The notes under the pieces: model-generated
What the model was told of the DNA's origin: nothing
The model's input: only the letters and a program-made list of their open reading frames with translations
The model's database searches: none
Shown: positions 37,336 to 49,382 of the stretch, piece by piece
Layout: the number at the start of each line of letters is the position of its first letter
How positions within the stretch are numbered: the first letter of the stretch is position 1
Origin: Chiloscyllium plagiosum
Taxonomy: Eukaryota
Assembly: GCF_004010195.1 (NCBI RefSeq)
Contig: NC_057718.1
Coordinates: 29,580,479-29,633,514, forward strand
DNA: 53,036 bases
Direction: 5' to 3'
Translations under genes and position numbers: made by a program

Positions 37336-37935
37336 TTTTGCCTATGTAAATTAATTGAATTCCACAACTTGAGATACTGACCTCATTATGTCTGTCTACA
37401 TTTTTCTTATATTCTTCTCCCACATATGTGCTTGTATTGTTTGTGTCTAGTTTATTTTGCTCTCAGTTGAGAGGACGCATTTTCACCCTTCCGCACCTTA
37501 ATATACATCACTATTTCTATTTCACCCCAATAAGCAATTCCTTTATCTTTGCGCAGAACTTCAAACCTCTTGTATTACTTGTTACTCCTTTGCCTCTATT
37601 GAGAGTATAAAAACCATAATTTTCCAACTTTCAGTTCTGAAGAAGTCATATTAAACTCTCAATATTTGTTTCTCTCTTCACAGATGCTGAGAGATCTGCT
37701 GGGTTTACCCAGCATTTTCTGGGTTTGCCTCATATAAATGAGCCTCTCCAAATGATATTAACAGATTATTTCACTGAAATGTAAAGCAATTAATCTTAAT
37801 CCTACCTCTACTGCACATCCACACACTTGCAATTTTCAACAAGAGCCACTATATGACATTTCAGGACAGAAAATAGGTTTAGATTAGATTTCTAGACCAG
37901 TTTTAGTGCCGAACCTTCCTAGTGTGTATATATAG

Positions 37936-38255
37936 GGGATGGCATGGTAGCTTGGAGGTTAGCACTGATGCCTCATAGCACCAGGGACCTGGGTTTGATT
38001 CCAGCCTCAGGTGTCTCTGTTTGGAGTTTGCACATTCTCCCCGTGTCTGTGCAGGTTTGCTCCGGTTTCCTCCCACAGAGATGTGCAGGTCAGGTGAATT
38101 GATCATGCTAAATTGCCCATGGTGTTCAGGGCTGTATAGGTTAGGTACACTAGTTAGGGGAAATATAAAGTAATAAGGTGGGATACTCTTCAGAGGGTTG
38201 GAGTGGCATTGTTGGGCCAAATGGCCTGTTTCCACACTGCAAGGCTTCTATGATC
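37936..38255 (+). mobile_element. HE1-like V-SINE
   Basis: Homologous to 24109-24417 and 29575-29876 (B box GGTTTGATTCC, V-domain). Confidence 0.88.
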
Positions 38256-39328
38256 TTATACCAGATTATGCATAAACCAATTCACTGGTGAGAAGAATTT
38301 CATTTACTGGTGTCATGTGGACCATGGGGCCATGCCCTGCTGTCACAATCTTTAACTTATTTTTGACTGCTACAAAAGAATTCAGCTGCAACTCCCTGTT
38401 TGCAGAATGCAGCTGCATTAAGCATGTCACTGACAGTCCATTTGCTCAGGCTGTGTACAACACATTTACCATTCAACAATCACACAAGAGAGCTCAGGGA
38501 TTTGCAATAGTGCTGGTTACACTCATGTTCAGTGTACTGCAGTTTAATATCCAAGTTATTATTATACTGGATTGACCATCTAGAGCTTGTGAGATTGGTA
38601 AATTGGAAAATTGAATTCAGCAAATCTATTAATTTGTAGACCAGCGTCACATAACCAGGAAAATGACAGGGCCAATGCAAAAATCAAACTGGTTCATAAA
38701 GTTCACCTTCAGGGTGGCAACTTGCTATCCTTATCTGATCTGATTACAGTTTTTCATTTCCATGGTTAAATAAACGCTTGGTAGTAGAGAACATAAACTT
38801 TGCTCAAAAGAGGCCAGAGGTTGAAGCTTTTCAATTTACACTCAAGGGAACCAGGACACAGAAATAGATTTGAATGATGAATAAAATTTTTGCAAGTGTG
38901 TCTCTTTTTCAAGTGTGGTTCTTGCAACGTAAATACCCCCAAGATGAGTCCGACTGTAAAGGGAGGCCTGGCAGAGAAGGTAAAACTTTCCCTGACTGTT
39001 ATTTTTTTCCTTTCATAGCCAGAACTGCTCCCATGCACAACTGATAGCCTCTGCCGGTCTTCACCTATCCCCTTTGATCTGGTTGGACAATGAGAGGAAT
39101 GAAACCACCCCCAGTCCTGAGAAAACGTTGACTTCTCCACCTCCTGATGTTGCCTGGCTTGCTTGTTCTTCCAAATTTAAAGCAGTTCCAGAAGAGTTCG
39201 GAGACAGGCAGGAGAAAGTAAAGGTGAAGCCTCACCTCATGGAAGAACTACAGGGGAATATTGCAGAAGCTGAACATCCACCCGGTTCCAGGGAAATGGA
39301 AATGATGGTAGAAAATTCTTTCTCAAAA

Positions 39329-39422
39329 TGAAGAAGGGCTTATGTCCGAAACGTCGATTCTCCTCTTCCTTGGATGCTGCCTGACCTGCTGCGCTTTTCC
39401 AGCAACACATTTTCAGCTCTGG
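39329..39422 (+). mobile_element. Short PLE terminal insert (family A) starting at the hammerhead core
   Basis: TGAAGAAGGGCTTATGTCCGAAACGTCGATTC followed by the family A tail; possible short TSD AATGAA. Confidence 0.8.
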
Positions 39423-41164
39423 AATGAAAGTCCAGACACCCTACAAGAGGCAATCATCAGATTACCACTCACAACCCTCTGAGAAATCAAGTTTGTAAAA
39501 ATGTCTGAATTTGGCATATAAATTATAAAACTGGGCAGTGAAGGGCTGAGACTTGGACCATTCGTGTGGCCCAGAGAATAAGTCTGACTGCCATGCCCAA
39601 TGCAGGTTTTGAATGCATGTCGAAATGAGGAGGGAATGAATGTGTATGTGTGTGCATTACGGTCCCAATTTTTGGATTGTTATTTCATATCAACCTTACA
39701 ATGGAAACCTTTCCTGAACAAAGAAGATAAATTTTGCTTACATTCCTTTTTTTTCTCATGGTGAGGAGGTATCAAGATAGTGATCAATTATTGATGATCA
39801 ATTTTCAACTTGCTCATCTGATTTTAATACCTGGAACCTTCAAGGACTAAAACAGTTTTTAAAAGGATAAACACTGATTTCAAATTGCAGTATCAATCAG
39901 CTGACTACAGGTTAGCCAGCTTTGTAAAAGCAATCTGAAATATAAGCAACCCGAACAGAAATTGCTGGATAAACTCAGCAGGTCTGGCAGCACTTGTGGA
40001 GACAAACAGAGTTAATTTTTCGAGTCCAGTAGACCCTTCTTCACAACTACTGATGAGCCCAAAATATCTACCTCCCTGTACTATTAGTTCATCCCATTAA
40101 CCCTACAGGCTTCACTCTTCCCCAAACCATACCAATTTGCATGTTTACATCTTGTCCAGCGAACCACTGCCATTTCTCACATCAAGCTGTCCATTTAGAT
40201 CACTCAAGGTGGTGGGCTACAGTCTGTCCATTGTGTCTGTCCACAGGAACTAAGGGGAAAGGGTGTTGCGAGGGACAAGAAGGCCTTGCTGTCACAATGA
40301 GGAGACTCGGGGAAACTATTCCTCCGGATTAGGGGCAGCAGGCTAAGTGGAAGAGGCATAACTATATTTGCTAAAAAGGAGATATGAAAAAGCATGGATA
40401 GCAAGAAGGTCATGCAGGTGGGGGAATTTGTCCATAGTCAGGAGCACATGGCTTCTAGGGACACTGGAGAGCAGTGTGTGATCACAGCTGGTATGGTGAC
40501 CATGTCGGTAAGAAGCTGCAGGAAAAGCCAGGTAGGTGCAGGATCATGTGAGATATGTTGAGTAAAGATCTGGGGAGGTATGAAGTTTATGGGAAAGGCT
40601 ATCAGGGCGAGGAGTTCAAGACCTCATCAATGCATGGGGCGGTGGGTGGTAGTCATTGGCCGAAGAGCTCTCATTGTTGCTTTCGTCATTTCAAATGTTT
40701 GCAAGGTGAAGGATAATGGTTTGGGTGGGCTAAGTGTTTCAACCTGTGAGGGAGGAGGCTGCAGGACTCACCAATGTGAGGATCTTTAATAGCAAACACA
40801 GACCCTTGCATTGTACTGGACACAGACCTGCAGACCCCCTTTGACCTGGTGATCCCAATTCTGTATATTAGCTCTCTGTTTGCTGCACATCTCCTGAGAT
40901 AGACAGTTTTATAATCAGTAAATAATCAGTTATGGGGAAAAGGCAGGAAAGTGGAGAGCAAGATTGTCAGATCACCCACAATCTTGTTGAATAGTGAAAC
41001 AGACTCAATGAGCTAAATGGTTTTCTTCTGCTCCTATGTGTCATGGCTTTATAGTTACGTTCAGGGTGACACAGATTCAAACCAGCAGATTTAGAGCAAA
41101 CACACACTAATTTATACAACTATTAGAACTCAGATACAATGCAATATCATCATACCACCCAAAT

Positions 41165-41356
41165 GGGTGACACGGCAGCTCAGTGTGAATTGGCCGTGCT
41201 AAATTGCCCAGTATTGAGGAATGTGGAGGTTAGGTGCATTAGTCAGGGGTAAATGTAGGGTAGGGGGAATGGGTCTGGGTGGGTTACTCTTCGGAGGGTC
41301 AGTGTGGACTTGTTGGGCCCTATGACCTGCTTCCACACTGTAGGGATTCTATGATT
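41165..41356 (+). mobile_element. Internally deleted V-SINE
   Basis: SINE head GGTGACACGGCAGCTCAGTG joined directly to the 3' half GTGAATTGGCCGTGCTAAATTGCCC and tail. Confidence 0.75.
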
Positions 41357-42234
41357 CCACAAAGTGCCCTCAATAGGTTTTCTTCTTTCTCTCACTCCCA
41401 CTGCATCTCAGTGTAGTTTCTGGTTCCACAGCTGAGCCTGCTCAGTAATGTAGGCATTTAACCCTGGGTGTTTGTTTGGGTGACACTGGGGCCTTTGTGT
41501 CTAGATGGCCCAGACATGTAAAGTGTCTTCTTGCCAGAGGCAAGTGGTCCCTACTCCATTAGAATTACCAGTGTTGGAGGTGGGGGAGGCAGGGCAGCAA
41601 TGGAAAACAGAGCAACATCTGGAGTGTTCAGAGAGGAGACTTCTGGGGGGCAAGTGTGTGGTCCTTCTCCAGCTGGGTGCCTCCAGACATTGCTTTGTTT
41701 TCTGGTGAAGATGGGGCATCTAGAGTGCTTGCCAGGTTCCTCATCCCACTGTCACCATGCCTTCGGTCCTAAGGATCAACAGTGGGGATGATGAGTGCAG
41801 ACGTTGCGCCTTTCCAGCAGATCCTGGCAGTGCTGGGCCTGACTCTTCTTGGTAAGTGACAACCTGTCCAAGAAGACAACTAAACAATTGTATGTGTTAC
41901 CACTGTGCTTCAGTTTCTGGGCACTGAGGTTCACAGTGCCCTGGTTACCTGTCTGCTGCTCCTGTTCCTCCCAGTGTGTTCGGTTTAAGTCTCTGATTGT
42001 CGACACCATCAGGTCCTCTGCTGCCTGGGGCTGAATAGGTGCCTGGTCTCCGGCAGTTCTCCTTGGTCAGCTGTGGAATTGTTGAGGTGAGGTGCTCACC
42101 AGATTGTGGTTCCACATTTTCTAATGTTAACTGTCCCTCTGGGAGGTCCATATCTGAGCTGGTGGTGGTATCAATGCTTTTTCTGAGTCCTCAGTACTTC
42201 CGTCCACAGAGGTTGAGCAGGTGGCACAATACTA

Positions 42235-42945
42235 CAAAGGTAGGTAGTGTTGAGGAAGCGGGAAGGTTTGCAGAAGGACCTGGACAGATTAGGAGAGTGG
42301 GCAAAGAAGTGGCAGATGGAATAACATGTGGGCAAGTGTGAGCTGATACACTTTGGTGGAAGAATAGGGACATAGTCTATTTTTTAAATGGGGAAGGGCT
42401 TCAGAAATCTGAAGCACAAAGGGGCCTTTCATTTCAAGAGGGCTAGAATACAAGAGAAAAGGTACACTTTGAACTGTCTGAGGCTCTGGTCATACCACAT
42501 TTGGAATATCATGAGCAGTTTTGGGTTCTGTATCTAAGGGCCCAGAAGAGATTTACAAGAATGATCCCAAGGAGGAAGGGCTTACCATATGAGGAGCAGT
42601 TGAGGAGGCCTAGATAGAGTAGACATGGAGACCATGTTTCCATTAGGAGAGACTAGAACCCAAGGGTACAGCATCAACTTGAAGGGACAACTCTTCAGAA
42701 CTGAGATGAAGAGAAATTTCTTCAGGAAGAAGGTGGTGAATCTGTGTAACTGATTGCTGCAGAGGGCTGTGGAGACCAAATCATTGAGAGTATTTAAGAG
42801 AGAAATAGATTGGTTCTCAATTGGTATGGGGATCAAGGATTTCAGGAGAAGGCAGGAGCATTGGATTGAGAAACACATCAGCCATGATGAATGATGGAGC
42901 AGACTCAAAGGGCCGAATGGCCTAACTCTGCTCCAATATCTTCTG
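42235..42945 (+). mobile_element. CR1 3' fragment
   Basis: ALVIPHLEY..QFW, QKRFTRMIP and TRTQGYSINL remnants plus CR1 3' UTR. Confidence 0.8.
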
Positions 42946-43572
42946 TTTGCTGGTACCTGCAAGATAAAAGAGAAAGAATGTGTTGTGGATAGAAGTGGTA
43001 TACAATGAATGATACTGCCTCCTTGTGCTGTAGGAGGAACTTCCAGGATTTTGATCCAGCAACACTGAAAGAACTGCGATATACTTCCAAGTCAAGATGG
43101 TGAATGGCTTGGAAGGAACTTGCAAGTGGTGCTATTCCTGTGTATCTGCTGCTCTTGTCCTTCTTGATAGAATTACTTGTGAGTTTGGAAGGTGCTGTCT
43201 AAAGATTTTCCCCTTGAATGAGATAAAGGGAGGAATTGAATGAGCTGAAGGTGAGTGGCACAGCTGTTCGTGCTGGTGCAGGTAAAAGAAAAGTAGTGAG
43301 TTGTCCTGAGGTGATGAGTAGGCAGCATAGAAGCCAAGTAGGGTTCATACTGTGAAAGAGTAGGTGAAACAACAATAAATGACAAAACAAGAGCAAGTGG
43401 GGAAAGATATTGCAGGCAGCAGTTACAGTGGTAGATCCTTGAGGGGGGGTTGGGTGAAGATGAGTGGAGTAGCAGAGATTGAGTGAGTGTGAGATAGCAG
43501 AGAAAAGAGTGTGGCACTTACCCTTGCAGAGTGGAGAAGATTATTGACCTGAATTACTGAGATCTCACTGAC

Positions 43573-43963
43573 CTGATGTGGAGGTGCCAGTGTTGGACAG
43601 GGGTAGACAATGGGTGGCGAGATAACAGACCAGTCTAACTCAAAGTTGGGATGCAGACAGACTCTAATCATTGTCTGAGCTGAGATGTCACTTTTTTTTA
43701 ATATAAAACCTTATGTTATCTCAGAAGTTCTGGGATTTACATATTAATGAATTGAAACCTGCATCCACATTCTAAGTGACTTAACAGCTATCTCGGTTTG
43801 TTCAATACATCGCATCAGTTGTATGACACATTGATCTTTTACTATAAATTCTGTGTCTTATGATCCTGCCCACACTGGCTACCTGATGAAGGAACTATGC
43901 TCCAAAAGCTTGTTCTTCCAAATAACCCTGATGGCCTATAACCTGGTGTTGTGTGATTTTTAA
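43573..43963 (+). mobile_element. PLE insert (family B) with hammerhead remnant
   Basis: CCTGATGAAGGAACTATGCTCCAAAAGCT at 43882-43910; short inverted 5' piece; TSD CTCACTGAC at 43564-43572 and 43964-43972. Confidence 0.78.
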
Positions 43964-45289
43964 CTCACTGACATGTATAGTGAGTGACCTTGGAACAGAC
44001 TGCCAAGGCCTGATGTAGTGGCCCTCTCTGCCAATCCACTGGAAACTGAATGCCCTTCCTTTGCATCAAACATCCAGGTCTCTGTCAGAGAATTACTGTG
44101 CCATCTTGGCCATTTTCAGAACCTATCTACCTATCACCAAGCAAGTAACTTCAGATTTTTCTAGTGCATAGTAGCTTTTCAAATATAGGATGCTGGTTTT
44201 TAAGAGGATACCCATTGAGCAGCAAGTTGTTCCAGGAATGGTGCAAGATAGTACAGGATTAGAATCAAATAGGAGCAATGCTATAGGGGTGCGGTAAGAA
44301 GTTAAAGGCAAGCTTGGTAAGTGAGAAGTTTCACTTGGCCTTACAGCACAAAACTCTTCAAACCAAGCATAACTCTGAACTTGACAAAAAAAACAAAAGA
44401 TTCAATCCTTAGTTTCTAAACTTTACCTGTAGACAAACATTAGGCTACCAATGTGAAATCAGATCCAAGTCAGTAGATGAGACCAAGACAACCATCTTTG
44501 TCGACAGTTTGTTAACTGGTCAATCTTATAGCTTTCACACAGACTAGTCCTACCTGTTGCCCCTTTATATCTACCCAATCAACTAATTAATCAATAAACC
44601 CAATCAACATGTAAGGATGTACAACAAGTGCTGACCAGCCAGTGTCGCCCATGTCCCACAAGTGAAGAAAGAAAAAAATACTTAGAATATATTAGCAGTC
44701 AAGCACAGTACATGTAAATGAGGAGCATATCTTTGTCAATAGCAGCAGTCCCACAGCCATTCATTGTTCTGCTTCAATGAGCCAATCTGATTGGTCAACA
44801 GCTCTAAAAACTCAACATCACCGTTTGTGACACGAGCCCACTTGTGACTGCAAACAGTCCCAGATTCTAACCCCAGTGTCCAATACCAGATAGCTGCAGA
44901 CTTACCTCATGGCAGGGAAGGAAGATGAGGTCCAGAAGGGGGTGGGGATGGGAGGGGGGTGCAGGGGGGAGATACATAAGGGATTTATACGAGCGCCCTG
45001 GAGAGCGCAAGCACTCAGGAAGTGCAGACCTTGGATTGGGTTGTCCAATGTGATGGATTCACTTCACCTTTTCCTACAAAGCCCAAGCAGGGTGATCTGC
45101 TGAATGTCTCCCTGGCCCTGAACTCCTTCTTCCAGCCTCAAATTTGAGGCCAGGCGGGAAGCAGCCCTTAAATATTCAGTAATTGGCTCTGATAAGGAGC
45201 AATAGAAAAGTGCAAATATTGTCCCTTGGTGTTCAATGTTTTAATTAATGAACTGACCCATCTCATCGTTTTGAAGCCATGCTGTATGA

Positions 45290-45812
45290 CAAATTAGGCA
45301 CAGGGCTTGTTGAGACTGCATGTGGAGTATGGTTTGCAGTTTTGGTCTCCCTGCCGAAGAAAAGATATACTTAAAACAAAAGTTTACTGGATTGATTCCT
45401 GGGATGGCAGGTTTGCCCTTTGAGCAAGTGTGCCTGTATTTGCGGAGGTTGACAAGAATGAGAGGAGCTTTCATAGAAATGCATAGAATTCTAACAGCGC
45501 TAGCGTGACTGGATGTTGGGATGATCGTTCCACTAGGTGGGTCTCTCGCACAAAGCACACAATCTCAGGATACAGAGAAGACAGTTTGGACTGAGATGAG
45601 AAATCTCTTCACTCAGAACATGGTAAATCTATGAAATTTTCTACCACCAAAGACTTTGAATATGTTTCAGAAGGAAATAAAATAGATTTCCAGAGGCTAA
45701 AGCTGTCATGGAGTATGGGAGACGGCAGGATTATGCGAAATGGTGGAGCAGGATTGATGGGCTGAAATGTCTTCTCTTGCTCCTATTTTCTATGTTTCTA
45801 TGTAATACACAC
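45290..45812 (+). mobile_element. Old CR1 3' fragment
   Basis: QFWSP, KFTGLIPGMAGL and RMRGAFIE remnants plus CR1 tail. Confidence 0.75.
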
Positions 45813-47611
45813 ATTTCTGGAGGCACAGAACGTGAATTAATGAGGGAATTAAATTTCTCCCCTTCAGATTCACCAATGAGAAATAAAAGAGACACGTTCA
45901 ACTGTTTCAACATTAGTAATAGCACTCTGAACATGCTCTACTATAGAAATACGTTAAACAGAATTTGAAACACCCATATTTTTTATTAACTCAGTATTGT
46001 TTCCACTTGGAAAAAAAATCCATTGTGAAGTCAGTTTATTGTATCTCAAAACCATATTTTCATTTTATTTTGAATGTGTCCGCAGTCAAACTGACTAATT
46101 ACACCTCAGGGTCATATAGATTTATTGCAATGAGATTTCAATGGCTGGCATAATAAGTTTGTCCTTCTTAAGCTGTCAGGCAAATTAGAGCTTTTTCTTT
46201 CAGAATAAAAGGGTGAAGAAAAAATACCAGAACTGTAGAATTTTAAAGCCCAATAGACTATTCAGTGCATGAGAAGTGTGTAGTTCTTTTTGTTCATATG
46301 AACCACTCTCTTTCTCATCCTGTATTCTCTTTCATATTCTCCCATTTTCAAGTGACAAAGTGATTCATTTCAGAAAGGTTCATGGGTTCAGTGTTAACAA
46401 TGACTTGGGCCAGAGAATTTCATATTCCAACCATTCAGTGTAAACAATGTTTCTCAAACTTTTCTTTCACTTTTTTTTCAGATTTTTGGGAAATTATGAT
46501 TTTTGTTATTATCTCACTCACCAGTGGAAATCATTGCTCTATGTTGAAGATATGTATCAATTCAGCCCCAAACATTTTCCCAGCTAAATTAGAAATGTCA
46601 TAACATTACAAGGGTCTCTTCATAACTGCAATCCTTCACCTAAGGCAAGAGCTGAATGAATCTTTGATGCAACTTTATTTTGTTCTCATTGCCTTACAAT
46701 AAGGAGGGAGACAAACATTTCCACAGTGTTTCAACTATAAGCTAACTATGACCTCTTTACATTTGTGCTTCTAGATTCCAACTTTACTTGAGAAGTCTAT
46801 TTTAAGGCATGTGAGAAAATGGGAAATTGAAGATGGTGCCATTCTCATGCACATGCTGCCTTTGTAGACATTGCAGTTTGGAGAGCTGTTAAACAAGACT
46901 TGCCAAGCTGTTGCCGTAGACCTTGTAAATGATACACAATGCAGGCTCTTTGGACTGGCAGTGGAGGGAGTGAATGTTGGTGATGGATGGGGTTCAAATC
47001 CAGTCAGATCCTTTTTCCTTAATGATGCTGAGCATCTTGAATTGTGCTGAATATAAACTGTGAATCTATATTGTTAAATTGAATTTGTGTGTTTCAGGGC
47101 TGAGCATTGATTGTGAGAATCCTGATTTGTGCCTTGTAGATGGCAAAACGACTTAAGAGAGACAGGGAGTGAATGATTTGCTGCAGAATTACCAGCCTCA
47201 AAAAATAAACTGCATGTGGCTGTTCCAATTAAATTTCTGGTCAGTGGTAAACCCCATGATCTTAACAGTAACGTTTCCACTGCTGAATGTTCTAGGAACA
47301 TGGTTAGATATCTTCTTGATCATAGCTGGAACTTCTGTGAAATTGATGTAATTTGTCACCTTTTATTTCAAACTTGAAAATTGTACGGCTCTGACTACAT
47401 GTGGACATAGACTGTTTCATCATCTGAGGAATGCAAATGGACCTGAACACTCTGATTATGTGCAAACATTCCCACTCTGTTCTTATGATTGGGAGAAGGT
47501 TATTGATGGATCAGCTGAAGACAGTTGACCATAGAATACTATTCTGAAGAACAGAACTCCTGTAGTGATATTCTGAGACTAAGATCACTGACCTCAAATA
47601 ACTACAATGAT

Positions 47612-47828
47612 TATCAAGGTAAAGGTAAAATCACCATAGGAATGCTCTCATTAGAGAGAGTGAGAGAAAGAGAGATGACTGGAGGTGATTTATCCTGAGT
47701 GTCACCATATCTCAGGCAAGGGGAGTGGCTGAGAAGATATTCCTTCATGGTAACTTTAACCAGTCTGGAAATTGAACCCATACTGTTGGCATCATCCTGC
47801 ATTACAACCTGGTTGTCTAGTCAATTCA
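47612..47828 (-). mobile_element. Old tRNA-derived SINE
   Basis: B-box-like GGGTTCAATTTCC on the minus strand near 47766-47779, downstream of a degenerate tRNA-like head. Confidence 0.45.
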
Positions 47829-48098
47829 TCTTTCAAACGTTTCTTGATGGTCCACTTGGACCAATTACTCCTTGTTGCTAAGGGCAATTATTCTAATCTC
47901 ATCTCTGGAAGTCAGCTCTGTAACCTAGGCTATAATTGGATCTCAAGTTGAGTGGTCTGAGTGAAATCTCAAACATCAGTGAGCAAGCTGTTGATGACTA
48001 TATACCACTTGCTGGATTGTGAATTTTGTGAATGATGGAGAGTAAGTTGATATTGCAATAACAGGACAGATTGGATTCTTTGTGATTTTTAGGTACAG

Positions 48099-48255
48099 AG
48101 CTGAAAATGTGTTGCTGGAAAAGCGTAGCAGGTCAGGCAGCATCCAAGGAACAGGAGAATCGACGATTCGGGCATAGCCTGACCTGCTACGCTTTTCCAG
48201 CAACACATTTTTCAGCTCTGATCTCCAGCATCTGCAGCCCTCACTTTCTCTCAAA
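48099..48255. mobile_element. Palindromic PLE-end insert (family A)
   Basis: About 40-bp inverted arms; 15-bp TSD GATTTTTAGGTACAG at 48084-48098 and 48256-48270. Confidence 0.87.
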
Positions 48256-48785
48256 GATTTTTAGGTACAGCACATATATGGTAATTTCTTGCTTTGTTGG
48301 CTAAATGTTACTGTCAGCACAACTAACCCTGGAGCACAAGTCTTCAACACTGCAGTCAGGAATTTGGCAGGACCTGGAATCTTTGCTGTGTCCATTGAAA
48401 GTTTGTTGATATTGGATAGAGTGAATCAAATTGGTTTAAGTTTAGATTCTGTAATATTCGGGACCTCAAAAGGCAAGATGGATCATCAACTGAACACATT
48501 TTGCCACACTTCAGCCTTGTCTTTTAAACGTATGTTATGGGCCCCATCATCATTCAGGATAGAGATATTCAGGGATCGTCTGTCTTCTATTAGCTGTTTA
48601 GGATTATCCAAAACTGAAAACTGCATTCAGAACTTTGTGGAGTCTACATCATGGTATTTCCACTGTTTGGCATGGATATAGTCTTATGTTGTAGCTTTAT
48701 CAGTTTAGTAATTCATTTTTAGCTCCAAGTGGTGCAGCTCCTTGCATGTTCTCTTACACTCCTCATTGTAACATGGCTTGACCCT

Positions 48786-48990
48786 CATGATTTGGAGATG
48801 CCGATGTTGGACGGGGGTGTACAAAGTTTAAAAATCACACAACACCAGGTTATAGTCCAACAGGTTTAATTGGAAGCACACTAGCTTTCGGAGCGACGCT
48901 CCTTCACCTGATGAAGGAGCGTCGCTCCAAAAGCTAGTGTGCTTCCAATTAAACCTGTTGGACTATAACCTGGGGTTGTGTGATTTTTAA
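48786..48990. mobile_element. Near-perfect palindromic PLE-end element (family B) centred on the hammerhead
   Basis: Arms of about 80 bp around CCTGA at 48907-48911. Plus arm CAC-CTGATGA-A-GGAGC gtc GCTCC-AAAA-GCTA-GTG; the minus arm retains GAAA. Confidence 0.87.
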
Positions 48991-49039
48991 TACAATACCT
49001 TTATGTATTGTCAGCTTTGAATGACAATATCTGTTATGC

Positions 49040-49382
49040 AGTCATAGAGTCAGAGAAATATACAGCACAGAAACAGAACCTTCGGTCCAACTGATTCATG
49101 CCGACCAGATATCCTGGATTAATCTAGTCTCACTTGCCAGAATTTGGCCCACATCCCTCTAAACTCTTCCTATTTAGATACTCATCCAGATGCCTTTTAA
49201 ATGTTGTAATTGTACCAGCCTCCACCGCCTACCATGGCAGCTTATTCCATTCATGCACCACCCTCTGCCTGAAATAATTGCCCCTTAGGTCCCTTATAAA
49301 TGTTTCCCCTCTCACCTTAAACCTATGCACTCTAGTTTTGACCTTCCTTACCCTCAGGAAAAGACCTTGGCTATTTACCCAC
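49040..49382 (-). mobile_element. CR1 3' end fragment
   Basis: Reverse complement of the sequence type at 8585-8927, including the CTCTATGAC tail. Confidence 0.88.

Larger units (their letters stand above)
46810..48780 (-). mobile_element. Ancient LINE remnant hosting younger insertions
   Basis: Patchy minus-strand CR1-like coding remnants; boundaries approximate. Confidence 0.4.
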
